Source: Phyllosticta citribraziliensis
Lineage: Eukaryota
Reading direction: 5' to 3'
DNA: 64,000 nucleotides
Assembly (NCBI RefSeq): GCF_038025025.1
Contig: NW_027117350.1
Coordinates: 248,001 to 312,000, forward strand
In this document: one piece after another, positions 62,102-64,000 of the stretch
Layout of the letters: each line of letters begins with the position of its first letter
Position numbering within the stretch: position 1 is the stretch's first letter
Translations under genes and position numbers: made by a program
The notes under the pieces: model-generated
The model's input: the letters and a program-made list of their open reading frames with translations, nothing else
The model's database searches: none
Told to the model about the DNA's origin: nothing

Positions 62102-63224
62102 CTATGCCTCGGTCGGCTGCTCTTCTCCACCCCTCAGCACAAACTCGCTCTCTCCCATCTGCTTGCCTCTTGCTTCCCATCGCGCCTTGTACTCTGCCCT
62201 ACGCTTGTTGCAATTCTCGTTGAGGGCAGGCCAGTAAGCTGAGTGGTCGTACTCAAACTCGACTTCTCCGCCGTAAGCCTTCATCAACTGCGGAGGCGGG
62301 ATGAAGTTGCCAAACGGCTCGTTGAACTTCATTTTGGTCTTGGTGACAGGGTCGATGAATGGCGAAATGAGCTTGAAGACGGTAGTCACGTACCATGGAA
62401 CTAGGGCTGTTAGTGGTAGAGCGAACAGAGTGCTTGGAGAACTCACGCTCTGAAATCAGAGACTTTCCGTTCCTCTCCGGGTAATGACCTTGGAGAATGC
62501 TAAGAACCTGCTTGCTCTGGCTCACGGGCGGGTTTTTGGCGGCGGTGCTGTTCTTGAAGTTGATCAAGAGCGCAACGCTCTCAACTCCCGGGGGCATCAG
62601 GTCAATTGCCCTTTCCAACATGAAGACCAAATGATGCACCTGTCTGTCGCCCTTGTCCGTGTTTTGCTTCGATGGGTCCATGTACAGACACGGTCTGCCG
62701 TCATTATCGTAGCCGAGAATGACGAGCTTCCCAGTCTCGTTTTCTTTGGAAATGTAGTCGGCAGTAAAGGCATTGGTGCCGTATTCGCGGCGCCAGACGA
62801 GTGAGTCGAGGACACGCTTCTCGGCTGCAACGGCAGACGCCCATTTCACGGCGCGAAGATAGCGTAGCAAACACTCCTTTGTGAGCCACATGCGCTCGTC
62901 GTCGGACAGGGGCTCCTCCTCAGCATTCTTGGCCGACGTCTTGGGCACTTTGTCCCATTTCTGCACGGCTGCCAGTAGCTCTTGGTACATTGCATCTTGG
63001 TCGGACTTCAATGCCGGAGCAGAGGCCGGTTTGCTCTGCGGAAGGGGGTGCAGGAAAGGGGTCTTGACCGGGCCGTTGGATTCGCCATTGGTGGCCATGT
63101 CGGTGGATGTGAGCGGGGCGGATGTGGAGGGATCCTGTGCTTGTCCAGACGGATCCTGTAACGTTTCTTTTTGTTCGGGAGAGGGAGAGGGAGGTGGAAG
63201 TTGGCCGGTCTCGGCGGGGGTCAT
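62102..63224 (-). CDS. PDR16: CRAL-TRIO (Sec14-like) phosphatidylinositol transfer protein, PDR16/SFH3-like; intron 62401-62446
   Basis: WLTKECLLRYLRAVKW, WRREYG, ENETGK, GYDNDGRPCLY, LQGHYPER, PFIDPVTKTK, EFEYDHSAYWP. Confidence 0.88.
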
Positions 63225-63510
63225 GGTGCACTGATTAGCAGGAGGATTGTCGTGTCGCAAGCGAAATGGGGAATGTCTCGATTTGCATCGACTACGGAGG
63301 TATGTACGACTTGATTCATGAGCGGTCTGGACAGGTAGCAGCGAGTGAGGCGGACAATGAGGGCCATGGATTGGAGCAGCAGCAAAAAAGTAAGCTCCAG
63401 TCAGGGAGAGTCCCTTGTAGGTCAACGATTGGCATGCAGCGGGCTGGTCCGGGATCCGCACTTGGGAGATCCCGCCGCTTGGTGCTCGCTAAGCTAATAA
63501 CCCGCCCGCG

Positions 63511-63542
63511 CGCGTCAAGTCGCGTCGACCGTCGCGTCGACC
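63511..63542. promoter_or_regulatory. MCB-like (ACGCG core) elements upstream of POL12
   Basis: Three CGCGTC copies (63511, 63521, 63533), including a perfect 12-bp tandem GTCGCGTCGACC x2, about 50-85 bp before the ATG of a replication gene. Confidence 0.6.
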
Positions 63543-63594
63543 AAACCATCACCCATCACCCAACTCGACAACACCACCGCCTTATCCGCCCACA

Positions 63595-64000
63595 ATGGCA
63601 GACCTCACGGCCGAGCTCAACGAGCTCTTCGGATCGCCCGCTGCCGAGCTGTCGCCCGATGTGCTCGGTGAGCTGCAGTCCTTGCTGCGCTTGCACTCCA
63701 TCTCGCCGCAAGAGCTGTTCTACAAATGGGAATCCTACAGCATCAAAATGGGTCCGGATACAACCTTGAACCTCAAGACTGCTCGCGACCTCAAGAAAGA
63801 CATTCAAGACACTTTAGAGAGGGACAATCGGGCAAAAGCTGCCCACGCCAAGGGGGACAAGAAGACTGCTGGTCCAGGCCCTCGCGCTGGCGCACACACT
63901 GCAGATGTTTTTGGCATGTATGCAAAACACCGCGCCCTCAACTTGGATCGACGCTGATTAGTACAGGCTGGATGGTCTTGTTCCCAACACCCCCGGAGGC
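63595..64000 (+). CDS. POL12: DNA polymerase alpha-primase B subunit (3'-truncated by window); intron 63918-63966
   Basis: ELNELF...DVLGELQSLLRLHSISPQELFYKWESYSIKMG...DLKKDIQDTLER...DVFGM/LDGLVPNTP matches the fungal Pol12 N-terminus. Confidence 0.88.

Noticed and set aside
1..64000. tRNA, rRNA, snRNA, CRISPR arrays, transposons
   Set aside because: The GTTCGA hits examined lack cloverleaf context; no snRNA signature, repeat-spacer array, transposase/RT motif or terminal repeat was recognised by eye. Small ncRNAs could still be missed without a covariance-model scan.

Overview
Eukaryotic, intron-containing DNA from a filamentous ascomycete (Pezizomycotina; GT-AG introns with CTAAC/CTGAC branch points; a Dothideomycete is plausible but not provable from sequence alone). 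About 24 protein-coding loci are present. Mostly housekeeping genes lie at 0-41 kb and 60-64 kb: Dsn1/Mis13, SRP9/21, HGT1-like glucose transporter, arylamine N-acetyltransferase, a LIM protein, INO1, a MEIOB-like OB-fold protein, a Raf2/DIM-7-like RFTS protein, PUS4, an EamA transporter, YPT7, a methyltransferase, SAM35, eIF2B-delta, PDR16 and POL12. An accessory-looking block at about 41-60 kb holds a divergent GH3/GH92 pair, a secreted four-repeat protein, an SDR, a BTB protein and an orphan coiled-coil gene with a frameshifted tandem paralog. The most notable observations are: (1) a hidden, intron-split, ACG-initiated, Cys-rich 60-codon uORF in the INO1 leader, whose intron also carries a strong AUG uORF; (2) a secreted precursor of four 36-aa amphipathic repeats separated by Arg-ending linkers (KEP/repellent-like); (3) a BTB gene with no in-frame AUG ahead of its domain; (4) a decayed duplicate gene sharing an identical 20-bp TATA element; (5) a microsatellite-associated out-of-frame AUG ahead of the MEIOB-like gene. 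No tRNA, rRNA, CRISPR array or transposon was recognised. Gene identities come from motif recognition by eye, not from database searches.
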